Virus record (IMG/VR): IMGVR_UViG_3300037502_003469
Coordinates: 1-57,057 of that record
Length of the DNA stretch: 57,057 nt
Strand: one strand, 5' to 3'
Source: a virus
Taxonomy: Duplodnaviria; Caudoviricetes
Made by a program: the position numbers and the translations under genes. Positions within the stretch are counted from its first letter, which is position 1; each line of letters opens with the position of its first letter. Of this stretch, positions 10,170 to 20,574 are shown piece by piece. The notes beneath the pieces are model-generated. The model did not search any database, had not been told where the DNA came from, and saw nothing but the letters and a program-made list of their open reading frames with translations.

Positions 10170-13100
10170 TTAACTAATGAGCGAAAAATTATCACTTAAA
10201 TTTCCGCTTGGCTCAAACCACTCATCAAAATCATTCCCGTTCTCATCAAACTCTCTTAACTTTTCTGATATTTCGGCAAAATTGTATCCCGAATTAGTTA
10301 AATCAAATTTAGTAGCTAAGTAGTCTAAAGTATTCAGTTCAGCGTCCGAAGTATTATAAGTTGTAATTTCCCCATCACTCATTTTCATTTGTTTTAAGTC
10401 TTCAATTATTTTAGGTATTTTATCTAAGAACACAGGGTTTAAATTGTTTAAATATAAATCTTGGATTGGAGGGAATACTTCTGATAACCCTCCGCCTTGA
10501 CCCATGTTTATTCCGTAACCAGAAGGAGGAATCATGGCAAAAATAGGTGCGAAACTTGCTAGGAAGTAAGGATAGAGAACTACATCACCTCGAATAAAAC
10601 CGTCTTCAAAGTTTACAATCGTAGTTATCAAGTCTTCTTTTACGTAATCTTCATCTGGTTGCGGTATGTTCTCATTAAATCCTCCGCTCTGACCCATCGC
10701 AATACTATATCCAGACGGGGCGATCATATCGTAAATAGGTGCGAAACTTGCTAGGAAGTAAGGGAATAATACTACATGTCCGTGTATAAAACCATCTGCG
10801 AACCGTCCTGAAATAGCTGTGCTTGTAGTGTCTGTGATATTTCCTGTTGCGTTATAATTATCTAAATCATTAAGACCTACGTTAAGTTGATCTAGTACGC
10901 CACTTACAGGGAAAAGTTCTTTATTATCCAAAATATTAATATTGAAAGATAAAATGTCATTGAAAGCACTAATAGGTTCTTCTAATGCTAAAAGACCATA
11001 ATTAAATTGAGTAAGACTTTCTTCAGGAGGGTCAAAAATTTCAAATAAAGTTTGTTCAAAATCTCTTATGTACTCAAAATAAGCCAAGTAATCTGAGATA
11101 TATGAATCACATGTAGTTCCGGGGCGACTTCTTATTATACTGTGACCGTCAGTAGAGTTTAAATTTGATCTTTTGTCATTTAAACAAAATCTTGCGACAA
11201 AAAAATCATCAAAATCATTTAAAGCGTAGTCAAGTCTATACTCATCATCTACCTCAAATTTTGGAAATGGAGGCAAATAAGATTCTGGGGAATTATCATT
11301 CAGAACATTTTCATTTGTGTGAAAATATCTATCTACTTTGGTTTGATAATCAAGCTCTAACCAATTTATCATCTGGTGAAAACCTGACGGAGTTTCAACA
11401 AATTTTTCCACAGGTTCTTCTATCTGAGTATCATGCAAATCTATTCTCGAATAACTTACATCAAAACCTGTTCTCGGAACATAAAGAACAAATCGGTTAA
11501 GAACAAATCCTGTATTATTTGTCGATAAAATTTCATCAACACTTGGTTTAATGCCTGAATATGATTCCTGACTCGAATTATTAGCAAAATCAAAAAATAA
11601 ATCTAACCCATCTTCACACATAGGTTTCAATCTATCTGTAACAGTTCCATAACAAGTAGCCTCTATTTCTAAATCAGCATAAATTTTACGAGTTCCATTA
11701 CTTGATACTTGATGAGCCGTTGTCCCACCAACAATATTGTAAATTAAACTGTTAAGTTTACTAAAAGGGTCATTTAGTTTAAAAACTGATCTGCTATCAT
11801 CTGGATTGATTAAAGTCTTTTCTTGTTTTAAAATGAAAATAGGAACACCGTAATTCAAATTATAAATAGGCTGTTCATCATATTTGTCAGATTTAAAAAC
11901 AGTATAATCGTTTAACTTATCCCTTGCTGTCCCTAATCTATTAAACGCTAAAGTTGAAATGTCGTTTAGAAGAGATGAATTTAACCCATCGTATCCAGAA
12001 TACCTATAGTCGCAATTTACTGGAGTTTTGTCCGGAATTTCAATTGTAGGCGACCATATAACAGAAGAATATCTGAATGTAGGAAGAGTGTCGTTATATG
12101 GGTCAAATTGGGATAAAACCGTATTTGGATTGTTAAGGGTAAAGTATTCAAAATGTCTTCTTAAATATGTATAAGAGACTGAAACTGAAGCACCTTCAGG
12201 AATAAGGTCTAATGTTTTTATTATACCTTTCAAAGCATTAACAGATTCCACAATAACAGGGGAACCGTTAATTAGGACTGTTACTTGATTTACACTTTCT
12301 AAAATTCCATTTGAACCATTTCCAAGTGGACCAAATCTAGTATGTAAAGTGTTTTGATCTACTATAAATGCTGGCTCATTTACAATACTTTTTTCTGTAG
12401 AAGAAAAACAATTGTCTCTTAAATCCTCGTAACCATAATTAAATATTTTTATATTGAAGACATCACAGATTTGAGTATCTTTTGTCTTTTGAGTTACTTC
12501 AAACCCATCTGTGGTAATTAATGGCAAATTTGTAACAGGGTCTATTACAAATATACAAGCTCCACCCCATCCTTGAGAATCCTCTTGAAACACAAATCTT
12601 GTATTTAAAGCTGTGTGAGCAGGCTTAATTAAATCAGTTAAAAAATTTATAGATGACTGAAGTTGAACTACATCTAAGCTTGAATTTTCAACGAAAATGG
12701 AAACTAAAAATGTGTGAGAAAGAGGTACTGTGTCAGTCACTCCATCGGCTTCTCTTCCACCAAGGAATAACTCTTCCAGTTCTACTCTTGCTTGATTTTC
12801 TGAGGCTAATTCTAAGGCAGCTATAATAGAACGCTTAGTAGCTCCATTGAAATAAGCTTTAATTAAAGCTAACAAGAAATTTTTAACAGCTACATCATCT
12901 TTATTTGCAAAAGGGAAAGCTTGATTAAAAAATAAATAAGATTCTAAATTTTGAAATAAAAATTCTGGACGAGTTGTTGTAAAAATTAAATCATTGTAAA
13001 CGTCTTCAGCGTTAGTAATAACTCTAGCAGCTTCAAAGCAAAGTGATTTTAATTGAACTGCAAAAACAGAAAAAGAGTTCGATGATACATACGTTGAACC

Positions 13101-13202
13101 CATTGTAGATAACAATGAGTTTAACATTAAATTAGCTTTTTCAACAATTATTTGTCTAGTAAGCTTTGAATCTTCGACACCTCTATTATTGTAAAAACCC
13201 AT
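10170..13202 (-). CDS. Baseplate wedge subunit (P2 gpI / T4 gp7-like) with long C-terminal extension
   Basis: Y..GAT...I...L and IKPAHT motifs; immediately downstream of the baseplate J gene. Confidence 0.7.
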   Translation of the reverse strand: MGFYNNRGVEDSKLTRQIIVEKANLMLNSLLSTMGSTYVSSNSFSVFAVQLKSLCFEAARVITNAEDVYNDLIFTTTRPEFLFQNLESYLFFNQAFPFANKDDVAVKNFLLALIKAYFNGATKRSIIAALELASENQARVELEELFLGGREADGVTDTVPLSHTFLVSIFVENSSLDVVQLQSSINFLTDLIKPAHTALNTRFVFQEDSQGWGGACIFVIDPVTNLPLITTDGFEVTQKTKDTQICDVFNIKIFNYGYEDLRDNCFSSTEKSIVNEPAFIVDQNTLHTRFGPLGNGSNGILESVNQVTVLINGSPVIVESVNALKGIIKTLDLIPEGASVSVSYTYLRRHFEYFTLNNPNTVLSQFDPYNDTLPTFRYSSVIWSPTIEIPDKTPVNCDYRYSGYDGLNSSLLNDISTLAFNRLGTARDKLNDYTVFKSDKYDEQPIYNLNYGVPIFILKQEKTLINPDDSRSVFKLNDPFSKLNSLIYNIVGGTTAHQVSSNGTRKIYADLEIEATCYGTVTDRLKPMCEDGLDLFFDFANNSSQESYSGIKPSVDEILSTNNTGFVLNRFVLYVPRTGFDVSYSRIDLHDTQIEEPVEKFVETPSGFHQMINWLELDYQTKVDRYFHTNENVLNDNSPESYLPPFPKFEVDDEYRLDYALNDFDDFFVARFCLNDKRSNLNSTDGHSIIRSRPGTTCDSYISDYLAYFEYIRDFEQTLFEIFDPPEESLTQFNYGLLALEEPISAFNDILSFNINILDNKELFPVSGVLDQLNVGLNDLDNYNATGNITDTTSTAISGRFADGFIHGHVVLFPYFLASFAPIYDMIAPSGYSIAMGQSGGFNENIPQPDEDYVKEDLITTIVNFEDGFIRGDVVLYPYFLASFAPIFAMIPPSGYGINMGQGGGLSEVFPPIQDLYLNNLNPVFLDKIPKIIEDLKQMKMSDGEITTYNTSDAELNTLDYLATKFDLTNSGYNFAEISEKLREFDENGNDFDEWFEPSGNLSDNFSLIS
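10495..10800 (-). repeat. Internal 64-codon duplication in the wedge gene
   Basis: 31 identical nt at 10541-10571 and 10733-10763; peptide DGFI.G.VVL.PYFLASFAPI..MI.PSGY.I.MGQ.GG occurs twice. Confidence 0.9.
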
Positions 13203-13205
13203 TAC

Positions 13206-16200
13206 TTACCCTGAAATTGTTAAGCCGTTATTAGCATAAGTTATATTTAAAGTTCCTATTTGACCGTATTCCACAGAAGACAAAATAATGTCTTTTGCAC
13301 CTGTCTCACCTATAGCTAGATAAGTAACTGTATATTTATTAGCATTTGGATTGTTTCCATTTCTAGTAGAAACTATGATTGTACCATCTGCCGAAATATA
13401 ACCTGCTCCAGCTTCATTAGAAACTTCCACGTCAGTTTTTTTCATGTTTAGTAAAAAGTCGTTTTCAAAAATTCCCCTGAACTCGTTTTCAGGTCCCCCA
13501 TTCTCAAGAGTTTTTGATGCTAATTTTTGAATACTGCGATAAGAAGTTACTGAACCAACTTGATAAATTTCAAATTGAGGGTTTGCTAAAACTTCTCTAA
13601 TAACTTGTGTTACGTCAGTTTTTACCATTTTTGAAGCAGGGACAACGACATAATCCACACCATTAGTATTTTCCATAATACTAATAATATCAGATTGATA
13701 AATATTTTGACCTAACTTGGTATTTGCTAAAAAATTTCCAATATTTGTTCTTATGTTTCTATCTACACGTATAGTATCTGCACCGCTTTCTAGCACAACA
13801 GTAATATCCATATCAATAAATGTAGGTTGAGCTGCTTTGATAACAACGTCTGCCGTTAAGTGTCTCATTTCATCAATAACTTCTTGGACTTCTGTTAAAA
13901 TATCATTTACTTGATATTCAACAGTCATGATTTCTCCAGCTTCGTAAGAAAGATATACAATAGAACCATCGGGAATATTTCCATTAGTAGTTCTTTTTAT
14001 TTGAGGCGGAGTTCTATTGTCGCCCGGAATAATTTCATAGTCTAAGTTCAAAACGTATAAAACATTTGATACATCTTTCACTTCAAGAGTAGTTAAATCC
14101 ACATCCACTTGACTCAAAGCTTGAGGAAAAATACCTACCAAAACTAAAGGTTCCCCTGCGATCACTTCTTTTTGTGCATTAGGAATCCCGTTTGCAAAAT
14201 TAAATCTTATTTCATCCCTAGCTGAAGTCGATCTACCAAGTAATAACGGGTCATCTTGTCTTATTAACGTATAGTTTTCTGGAGATAGTTCTCCTGATTT
14301 ACTACCTGTAACGCTCAGAATTTTTTCTACAGGCTGTGTTAAAAATCTAACATTATCAGATTTTCTGTATATGTAGGTTACTCTAATCACATCTGTAATA
14401 GATAAACCGATTAACTGATTTGTTTCTAAAGATTCATCTAAATCTATTAAATTGCCGTCGTTTGATATTGCTATATTTGTTAAATCATAAACATTATTTT
14501 TAGTAACATTTCTTACTTCAATAACTTGGAAAATAGGGTATTCAGGAGAAACGTCTGAGTTTGTAGCTCTAAACTGCATGAAAGGTCTGGATTGAATGTA
14601 AAATAATTCATTTTGAATTTTTCTATAAGAAAATCCAAAAGATTCTGTTACAGTCCTATTTTGAATACCTTGAACATAAATATCTACTTTCCCATAAGTA
14701 TGGATTTCTCTCAAAGGGTCTAAATCTCTCTGCATTAATGGGTCTTTTGCCTTAATAATCTTGGCTCTTGTAACACCTTTAATACCTATAGTGTTTGAAA
14801 AATACCCAGCTTCGGTTCCAGAATCAACTGATAAAAAAGCTAACAATGATCTAGTTGCTAACGAACTGTTAGACTCCCTGTCTTGACCAAATTCAGTAGG
14901 AACAGAATTAACTATTCCAAAAATTGAATCAAAACCGCTAACGGCTGTGACTATTTTACCAGCGTCAACATTTCCCAAATCTCCTGAATCCAAGGCTCTT
15001 ATATTTAATTTGAACTCGTATCTTTGACTCGTAGGATTGTAGTATCTCGATAATTCGGATAATCTTAATGTGAATCCTGAAAGGACTTCAAAACGTATTG
15101 ACGGTACTCTGTTTATATTATCAGGCAATGTTTCACATATTGACCCCGCTTGAACAATACTATCTTTTTCTGGAATTCTTTTAGTGTAAACAGTTATTTC
15201 TCCAGTTGCTTGACTTGCAGGCAATCTAGTCTTATTGACATTACTTGCTAATTTGTCAAAAGCGGCATCAATTAAATCTTGAACTAAAGATGCTTGATCT
15301 TCTGGAATTAAAATAGCCTGCCTCAATGAATTTTTTTCAGGAGTTGTTAAAACAGGAGAAGAAGAACCTGTATTGTTAGGGTCATCAAAAGACAGCAAAG
15401 TTGAAAAAGATTGTGCTGTATTCATGAACCTTAAAATTGTAAACATTCGAGAAAAAAGAGTGGATGCAGGGTCAACAAAAGTGTCCCTGAGAACTGTTCC
15501 GGGCTTTACGTCTAAGGTGGAATCTGCTTGTAATATTTGGTCAATTATAGAAACTCTGAAATCACCTTCTGTTCTTTGATCTATTTGCTTGATCTGTGTA
15601 TCTATAACAACAGGTTTAGCAGCTAACTCTTCACTATATGAAGATTCAACTAATTGTTTATTTATAGGGTCAAAGAAAACGCTTGTAACCACGTAATGAT
15701 TTTTTTCTGTGATAGGTTTTATACCTAAAGCCTGAGTTTGTCTGTTATGTGTATAAGATATGTAACTTATTCTTTCTACTTTTTGTTGTGTAACAGTGGT
15801 AACAATATTTCCGACTTGAGTTACTTCTTCATTTAGAGTGGTTTTATTGTCTTCAAAATAATCAACAATATTAACAGGAGATTGGTTTAGAAGAGTAAAT
15901 CCAGTCGAGCCTCCACCTATGTCTTCAGCCCCATAAAAGTTAAATCCTATGAAATCTGCGTTTTGAGAAGAAGGAACACTGATTTTAATGCTATCTCTTT
16001 GCTGTCTTATTTTTATCCCATTAGGAACAATATCTTCAAAATCTGTAATCAAATTAGAGTCATATATAACAGCTAAAAAATCAGCCCCACTAAACGCAGA
16101 ACCTTTTACTGATTGAACAACAAATTTATTTTCACCTTCTAAAAGATTGGCAGAATAGCTCCACCCTCCAAACCCATTGAGAGTAACTCCACCACTTGAT

Positions 16201-16325
16201 TGATTAACAATGATTGAATCAATTCCTATGTCATAAGTTCCTGAAATTGTTATATTTTGTATATTCGTACTAAATGAAGGCTCAGAAGTAGGAAATGTAA
16301 TATTTGGTGTATTTAATGTACTCAT
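13206..16325 (-). CDS. Baseplate J-like wedge protein (T4 gp6-like) with extra N-terminal beta domains
   Basis: DVKPGTVLRD.FVDP, R.PAS.ATG, G..GNV.AG.I, G.D.ESN..L, GKVDIYVQG, LGQ.IYQSDI...GVDYV. Confidence 0.85.
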   Translation of the reverse strand: MSTLNTPNITFPTSEPSFSTNIQNITISGTYDIGIDSIIVNQSSGGVTLNGFGGWSYSANLLEGENKFVVQSVKGSAFSGADFLAVIYDSNLITDFEDIVPNGIKIRQQRDSIKISVPSSQNADFIGFNFYGAEDIGGGSTGFTLLNQSPVNIVDYFEDNKTTLNEEVTQVGNIVTTVTQQKVERISYISYTHNRQTQALGIKPITEKNHYVVTSVFFDPINKQLVESSYSEELAAKPVVIDTQIKQIDQRTEGDFRVSIIDQILQADSTLDVKPGTVLRDTFVDPASTLFSRMFTILRFMNTAQSFSTLLSFDDPNNTGSSSPVLTTPEKNSLRQAILIPEDQASLVQDLIDAAFDKLASNVNKTRLPASQATGEITVYTKRIPEKDSIVQAGSICETLPDNINRVPSIRFEVLSGFTLRLSELSRYYNPTSQRYEFKLNIRALDSGDLGNVDAGKIVTAVSGFDSIFGIVNSVPTEFGQDRESNSSLATRSLLAFLSVDSGTEAGYFSNTIGIKGVTRAKIIKAKDPLMQRDLDPLREIHTYGKVDIYVQGIQNRTVTESFGFSYRKIQNELFYIQSRPFMQFRATNSDVSPEYPIFQVIEVRNVTKNNVYDLTNIAISNDGNLIDLDESLETNQLIGLSITDVIRVTYIYRKSDNVRFLTQPVEKILSVTGSKSGELSPENYTLIRQDDPLLLGRSTSARDEIRFNFANGIPNAQKEVIAGEPLVLVGIFPQALSQVDVDLTTLEVKDVSNVLYVLNLDYEIIPGDNRTPPQIKRTTNGNIPDGSIVYLSYEAGEIMTVEYQVNDILTEVQEVIDEMRHLTADVVIKAAQPTFIDMDITVVLESGADTIRVDRNIRTNIGNFLANTKLGQNIYQSDIISIMENTNGVDYVVVPASKMVKTDVTQVIREVLANPQFEIYQVGSVTSYRSIQKLASKTLENGGPENEFRGIFENDFLLNMKKTDVEVSNEAGAGYISADGTIIVSTRNGNNPNANKYTVTYLAIGETGAKDIILSSVEYGQIGTLNITYANNGLTISG

Positions 16326-17089
16326 ATTTTCAATTTATCCTGAATTTGGGCATACAGCTTCATCTGGTTGTTTTTATCAATAACCCTTCTAACATCTCTA
16401 ATGTTTCCGGCTCTATTACGAAAAATTATTGATATTTCAACGAGAGTTGGATTTGTAAGGTCAGGTTGACTTACATCTATACTTATTAATTGCTCTATTC
16501 TTTCTTCATCTGATACTTCTTGAAACGATGCTTGTTGATCTTGCAAGTCTTTTAAATTTTGCAATAAAGATTCGACATCTTGAGCCATTAACAGTTTTAA
16601 ATTATCAATATTGGTTATTTTACCACCGATTAAAGCATCTAATACTGTTCCATACCAAGGATAATATGTATTTGTTCCTCGAATGGTTAATGTACCCTTA
16701 ACAACATCTTGGAGGAGTTTTTCCTCTTTGGTTATAAGAACAAGCCTCCCTAGTTCATCAACAGCGTAATCAAAATAATAAGAAAGACCTTCGCATTTAG
16801 GACAGTCAGTTAAAGAGGTCGTGTAGCTTAATTCAAAAAAATCATCCGTGCTTTTTTGCTTTTTCTTTAATTCAATTTTTTTCCGACTAGAATTTTTATT
16901 TTCTAATACCTTAAACCCAAATTCAGGACTGTTTTCCAAAATAACAAAACCGTTTCTTTTAATTTGTAAACTTTTACTTACAGCTAAATCTCTGATTATG
17001 TTTATAGTTCGTTTATCACTTTCAACAAAAGCTATATCTTCTACTATTTTATGATCGCAAATCCTTTCTACTTTTATTTCCCTGCTCAT
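16322..17089 (-). CDS. Baseplate gp25-like sheath initiator with CxxC finger
   Basis: EKLLQDV.K..LT.RG....PWYGT.L..LIG...E.I..L.SI.V; CPKCEG; upstream of the J gene. Confidence 0.75.
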   Translation of the reverse strand: MSREIKVERICDHKIVEDIAFVESDKRTINIIRDLAVSKSLQIKRNGFVILENSPEFGFKVLENKNSSRKKIELKKKQKSTDDFFELSYTTSLTDCPKCEGLSYYFDYAVDELGRLVLITKEEKLLQDVVKGTLTIRGTNTYYPWYGTVLDALIGGKITNIDNLKLLMAQDVESLLQNLKDLQDQQASFQEVSDEERIEQLISIDVSQPDLTNPTLVEISIIFRNRAGNIRDVRRVIDKNNQMKLYAQIQDKLKI

Positions 17090-17094
17090 AAATT

Positions 17095-17562
17095 TTAACC
17101 TTTAACAAATAGTAAATAAGGTTTAGAAGCTTGTGCTTCTGAGCTTATATTTTTAATATCTAAAACTAAATCTTCTGCTACTTGAAATGCTCCATTTCCC
17201 AAACATGATGTGATTGTGACTGATACATTTCTATTATTATTAGTATTCAAAATTAACTTTGTACCAGAGTCAAAATTCCAAAAATAATTAGCCAAAAATA
17301 TTGCGTTTTTATTTGTATTAGAATTTTGATTAATTTTATCAGGTTCTATTTTTTTACCGTGGACAGCTAAAACTAAAAAATAGTAATTATTACCGTCAAT
17401 TTTTAAGCCAAAATTGGTATCATATACTTTTTGTAATTCTCTTTGAAGTGATTGATATTCCGCTTGCAATATATTAGGAAAATTTTCTTGATTCGATACC
17501 TGAGACTTTAATTTATCCCATAAGCTATTTGTAATTTTACCGGTCGTATTAAAAAAAGACAT
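17095..17562 (-). CDS. Hypothetical baseplate-region protein
   Basis: 155-aa ORF translationally coupled within the tail operon. Confidence 0.7.
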   Translation of the reverse strand: MSFFNTTGKITNSLWDKLKSQVSNQENFPNILQAEYQSLQRELQKVYDTNFGLKIDGNNYYFLVLAVHGKKIEPDKINQNSNTNKNAIFLANYFWNFDSGTKLILNTNNNRNVSVTITSCLGNGAFQVAEDLVLDIKNISSEAQASKPYLLFVKG

Positions 17563-18005
17563 TAAACATCCCTCAAATCATTTTTTAATTCTCTTAAAGC
17601 TCTTAATTGAAAACTTTTTTGCTCTATTAAATAATAAGCTTTTTTTATTTTATACTCTAATTTTTCATCCCTTCTTAAATGAGACTGCCAAGGTTTTAAA
17701 AGTGAATCAATAATAGAGGCTGTTTTTGTACTATCGAATTTATGTGATTCAAAATAAGATAAATCTTCATTGACTACAGGAGCCTTTATGTATTTTGACA
17801 AAGCGTAATCTACGTCAGCTTTTCCGTATATAGAGCCTAATATACCTTCGGCTCTTTGCAATCTTGATAAAAAGCTTTTAAGATTGTCTATTTCCGTTTG
17901 TAGTGAATCAATTTGAAGATCAATATTTTTGTATCTTATATTAAGATAATTTTCTAACTGGTCTATTTCTCCTACGGAAGGATGTCCTAAAAATTTAAAA
18001 CTCAT
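17562..18005 (-). CDS. Hypothetical coiled-coil baseplate-region protein
   Basis: More likely start is the ATG at 18005 (MSFKFLGHP), which forms an ATGA overlap with the upstream stop. Confidence 0.7.
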   Translation of the reverse strand: MSFKFLGHPSVGEIDQLENYLNIRYKNIDLQIDSLQTEIDNLKSFLSRLQRAEGILGSIYGKADVDYALSKYIKAPVVNEDLSYFESHKFDSTKTASIIDSLLKPWQSHLRRDEKLEYKIKKAYYLIEQKSFQLRALRELKNDLRDV

Positions 18006-20395
18006 AAAATAGAATGAAGCAAAGGCGTTACCGCAGTAGCATCTGCTCCTCCTGTTAAGAATACAAGACCGCAAGCAAAGTCATCAACAGAACTGATAAT
18101 TTCTGCCCCCTCTGGAAATGTGGCATTGTACATTGTTTCTGCAAAGGCTGTTGAACCCATGACTATTGGTATTCTAAGTGCATAAAGATTGGGAAGACTG
18201 ATTCTGAAACTTCTTAAAAGGTTTGTTAAGTCCTCTATTCTTTTTAAAAAGTCTTGAAGAACTTTTATTTTTATTGAAATCAAGTCAATAAAATCCACTA
18301 ACGCTTTTACTCCTGTTTCCAGTGAAGATATAAGACCATTTGCTAGACTTTCAATTAATTCAGCAACATCATAAATAACAGGAATAAAATCTTTAACCGC
18401 ATACCTATTCCAGTTTGGAGGTTCAGCAGCTATAACAGACATGCAAACACCTTTTTGAAATCCTAAAGCTGTATTATCCTCATTAAAAATTATTTTAGAT
18501 GCTTTTGTTCCAGAAACATCTTGAATCATTATTCTTCCATCTGTAATAGAAAATCTGACATTCGGATTGTTACATTGAGATTCTAAATCTAAAATTACAT
18601 TTTCAGCATCCACTGGTATAAAACCTCCGGGCAATATTATTTGCCTAATTCCGTCTTGAGTGAAGTATTCAAACTGAAGACCTTGATTTGAAGTACCTGA
18701 AAATACATTATTGAAATCTGCTATGATTGCATCTGAAGAGTTTGGCAAACTCGATGTACTCGATATGTCCCGTCTGAGTAAAGTTCCATAAGAGTTTTGG
18801 AAAATTTCGTTAGTTTCAGCTATTAAGTTTTTTCTATTAGGTCTAAGATTTATTTGGAAATTTTCATCACCTACATTAAAATTTAAAAAATTATTATCTA
18901 AATTTATGAAAAAGGGTTCTCTTTTAGAACTAACACAATAAGCCCTCTGTGAATTAGGAGCAACATCTAATTTAGGAGTTAATCTTATTTCATTAGATTT
19001 TGCAAAAATAGTCTCACCATCCTCACTTGTAATAAGAACTCTATAATAATAAGTTTTTCCATTTTCTATTCTTGTAGATGGTGTAGGGGTTATTTTTTTA
19101 GTGTACCAACTAGGAAACCCAGCATTGAAGTTATTGGATAAAAGCTGAACCTCTACAGTAGATTGTACATAAGACCATGCTTCAACTCTTGAACCTAGAG
19201 GAACAGGCTGGCTTAGAGTTACTACACCTTCTTCAAATCTTTGAACATATAGATCACCCTCATTTCCTGAATTAGGTATAGATATTCCATTTATTCTAAA
19301 GTCAATCCAATTATTTCCTATATACTTTGATTTAAAATCTGAGCCTGCGGAAGTGTCTGAGATACTTGTTTTTATTTGATCTAACGTGCTAAATTTTGTT
19401 CTCAAATTACCAGAGAATAGAAAATATTTAGCAGCTTCAGTGTCATATAAATTAAATTGAGAAGGTCCTAAATTATTTCCCAATAAAAATTCAGCACTTA
19501 CTACGGAACCAAATCTTACATTCGCCCTTTCACTTAAATCTATTTTAACAAGTTGTGGGCTAAGAACATCTTCAGACAATGATTTGTCAATTATAGCTAA
19601 TTGCTTAGGTCTAATTAGAACATCTAACGCACTAAATGTTTCTGCATAAATTGTTTCATAAGTTGTTTCTTCTGTATAAGTAGATGAGTTCTTTTTAGCT
19701 TCTGGTAGTGTTTGTTGATTGCTTGTTTGATTAGAAGAAGGAGACTCTTTTACAGGAACTCCTCCAGATACTTCTGATCTTTGAATAACATATCTAAAAG
19801 AGCTAAATAAATTTCCGGGCAAATCTGCGGTTTCAAACATCACTAAATTCACATTGTTTCCAGAAACTCCGTAAATTACAGGAGGAACAAATAAAGACTG
19901 ATAAATATTTTTGAAGCCTCTTGCAATCAAAGCTAACAAATTAATACAGTCCATTAAATTGCCAGAAGTCGCCACTAAAACAGTTCCGCCTACTGGAGTG
20001 TTTGTATTATAAATAGGTCTTTGTGGGTCAGAAGCATCAAAAAAGGAATTATAAGCCTTGTCTAAAAAACCTTGAAATCCTCCTCTAACAGAGTTTACAA
20101 AATTTTGTGTATTTGATGTATCAGGTCCAACAATTAGTATATGAATTCCAGCATTAGCCAAACTTCTTATAAATGAAGTTATTTCTTCAACTAGAGCTTT
20201 TGTTACAGCTAAAAGTAAAGAACTTGCATCTATGATAAAAACTCTAATGATTTTTAAAATACTTTGTATTATTGATAAAATTGTTTGTAATGGAGAAAGG
20301 GTAGCCTCAATACTGCTAGCAGCATTTTCCAAAGGTTCAATATAGCTTTCAAATAAAGTTCCCCGAATTCCGGTTTCCCATTGAATGTTTGCCAT
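18002..20395 (-). CDS. Putative baseplate/tail structural protein with helical termini and FN3/Ig-like core
   Basis: 797 aa; ENGKTYYYRV FN3-like motif; amphipathic helical N- and C-termini; AAGGA upstream. Confidence 0.6.
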   Translation of the reverse strand: MANIQWETGIRGTLFESYIEPLENAASSIEATLSPLQTILSIIQSILKIIRVFIIDASSLLLAVTKALVEEITSFIRSLANAGIHILIVGPDTSNTQNFVNSVRGGFQGFLDKAYNSFFDASDPQRPIYNTNTPVGGTVLVATSGNLMDCINLLALIARGFKNIYQSLFVPPVIYGVSGNNVNLVMFETADLPGNLFSSFRYVIQRSEVSGGVPVKESPSSNQTSNQQTLPEAKKNSSTYTEETTYETIYAETFSALDVLIRPKQLAIIDKSLSEDVLSPQLVKIDLSERANVRFGSVVSAEFLLGNNLGPSQFNLYDTEAAKYFLFSGNLRTKFSTLDQIKTSISDTSAGSDFKSKYIGNNWIDFRINGISIPNSGNEGDLYVQRFEEGVVTLSQPVPLGSRVEAWSYVQSTVEVQLLSNNFNAGFPSWYTKKITPTPSTRIENGKTYYYRVLITSEDGETIFAKSNEIRLTPKLDVAPNSQRAYCVSSKREPFFINLDNNFLNFNVGDENFQINLRPNRKNLIAETNEIFQNSYGTLLRRDISSTSSLPNSSDAIIADFNNVFSGTSNQGLQFEYFTQDGIRQIILPGGFIPVDAENVILDLESQCNNPNVRFSITDGRIMIQDVSGTKASKIIFNEDNTALGFQKGVCMSVIAAEPPNWNRYAVKDFIPVIYDVAELIESLANGLISSLETGVKALVDFIDLISIKIKVLQDFLKRIEDLTNLLRSFRISLPNLYALRIPIVMGSTAFAETMYNATFPEGAEIISSVDDFACGLVFLTGGADATAVTPLLHSIL

Positions 20396-20572
20396 TTACT
20401 TCCTTGTTGTTTCTAATGTATTTTTTATATTTTCTGCTTTTTCTTTTTGCCTTTCTAATTCTTTTTGAATTACCCATGAGGCTTGATACAAAATAGCTTC
20501 TAATTTATTGTAGATGTTTGGTAATTTTTGTTCTTTCCATTCAATTTTTGGTAATTTTTGTTCATCACTCAT
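20396..20572 (-). CDS. Small coiled-coil protein (58 aa)
   Basis: MSDEQKLPKIEWKEQKLPNIYNKLEA...ETTRK; exactly fills the gap between its neighbours. Confidence 0.65.
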   Translation of the reverse strand: MSDEQKLPKIEWKEQKLPNIYNKLEAILYQASWVIQKELERQKEKAENIKNTLETTRK

Positions 20573-20574
20573 AA

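Noticed and set aside
10495-10800. Diversity-generating retroelement TR/VR pair (also considered for 38254-38752)
   Set aside because: No reverse transcriptase in the window, both copies are coding, and mismatches are not adenine-specific
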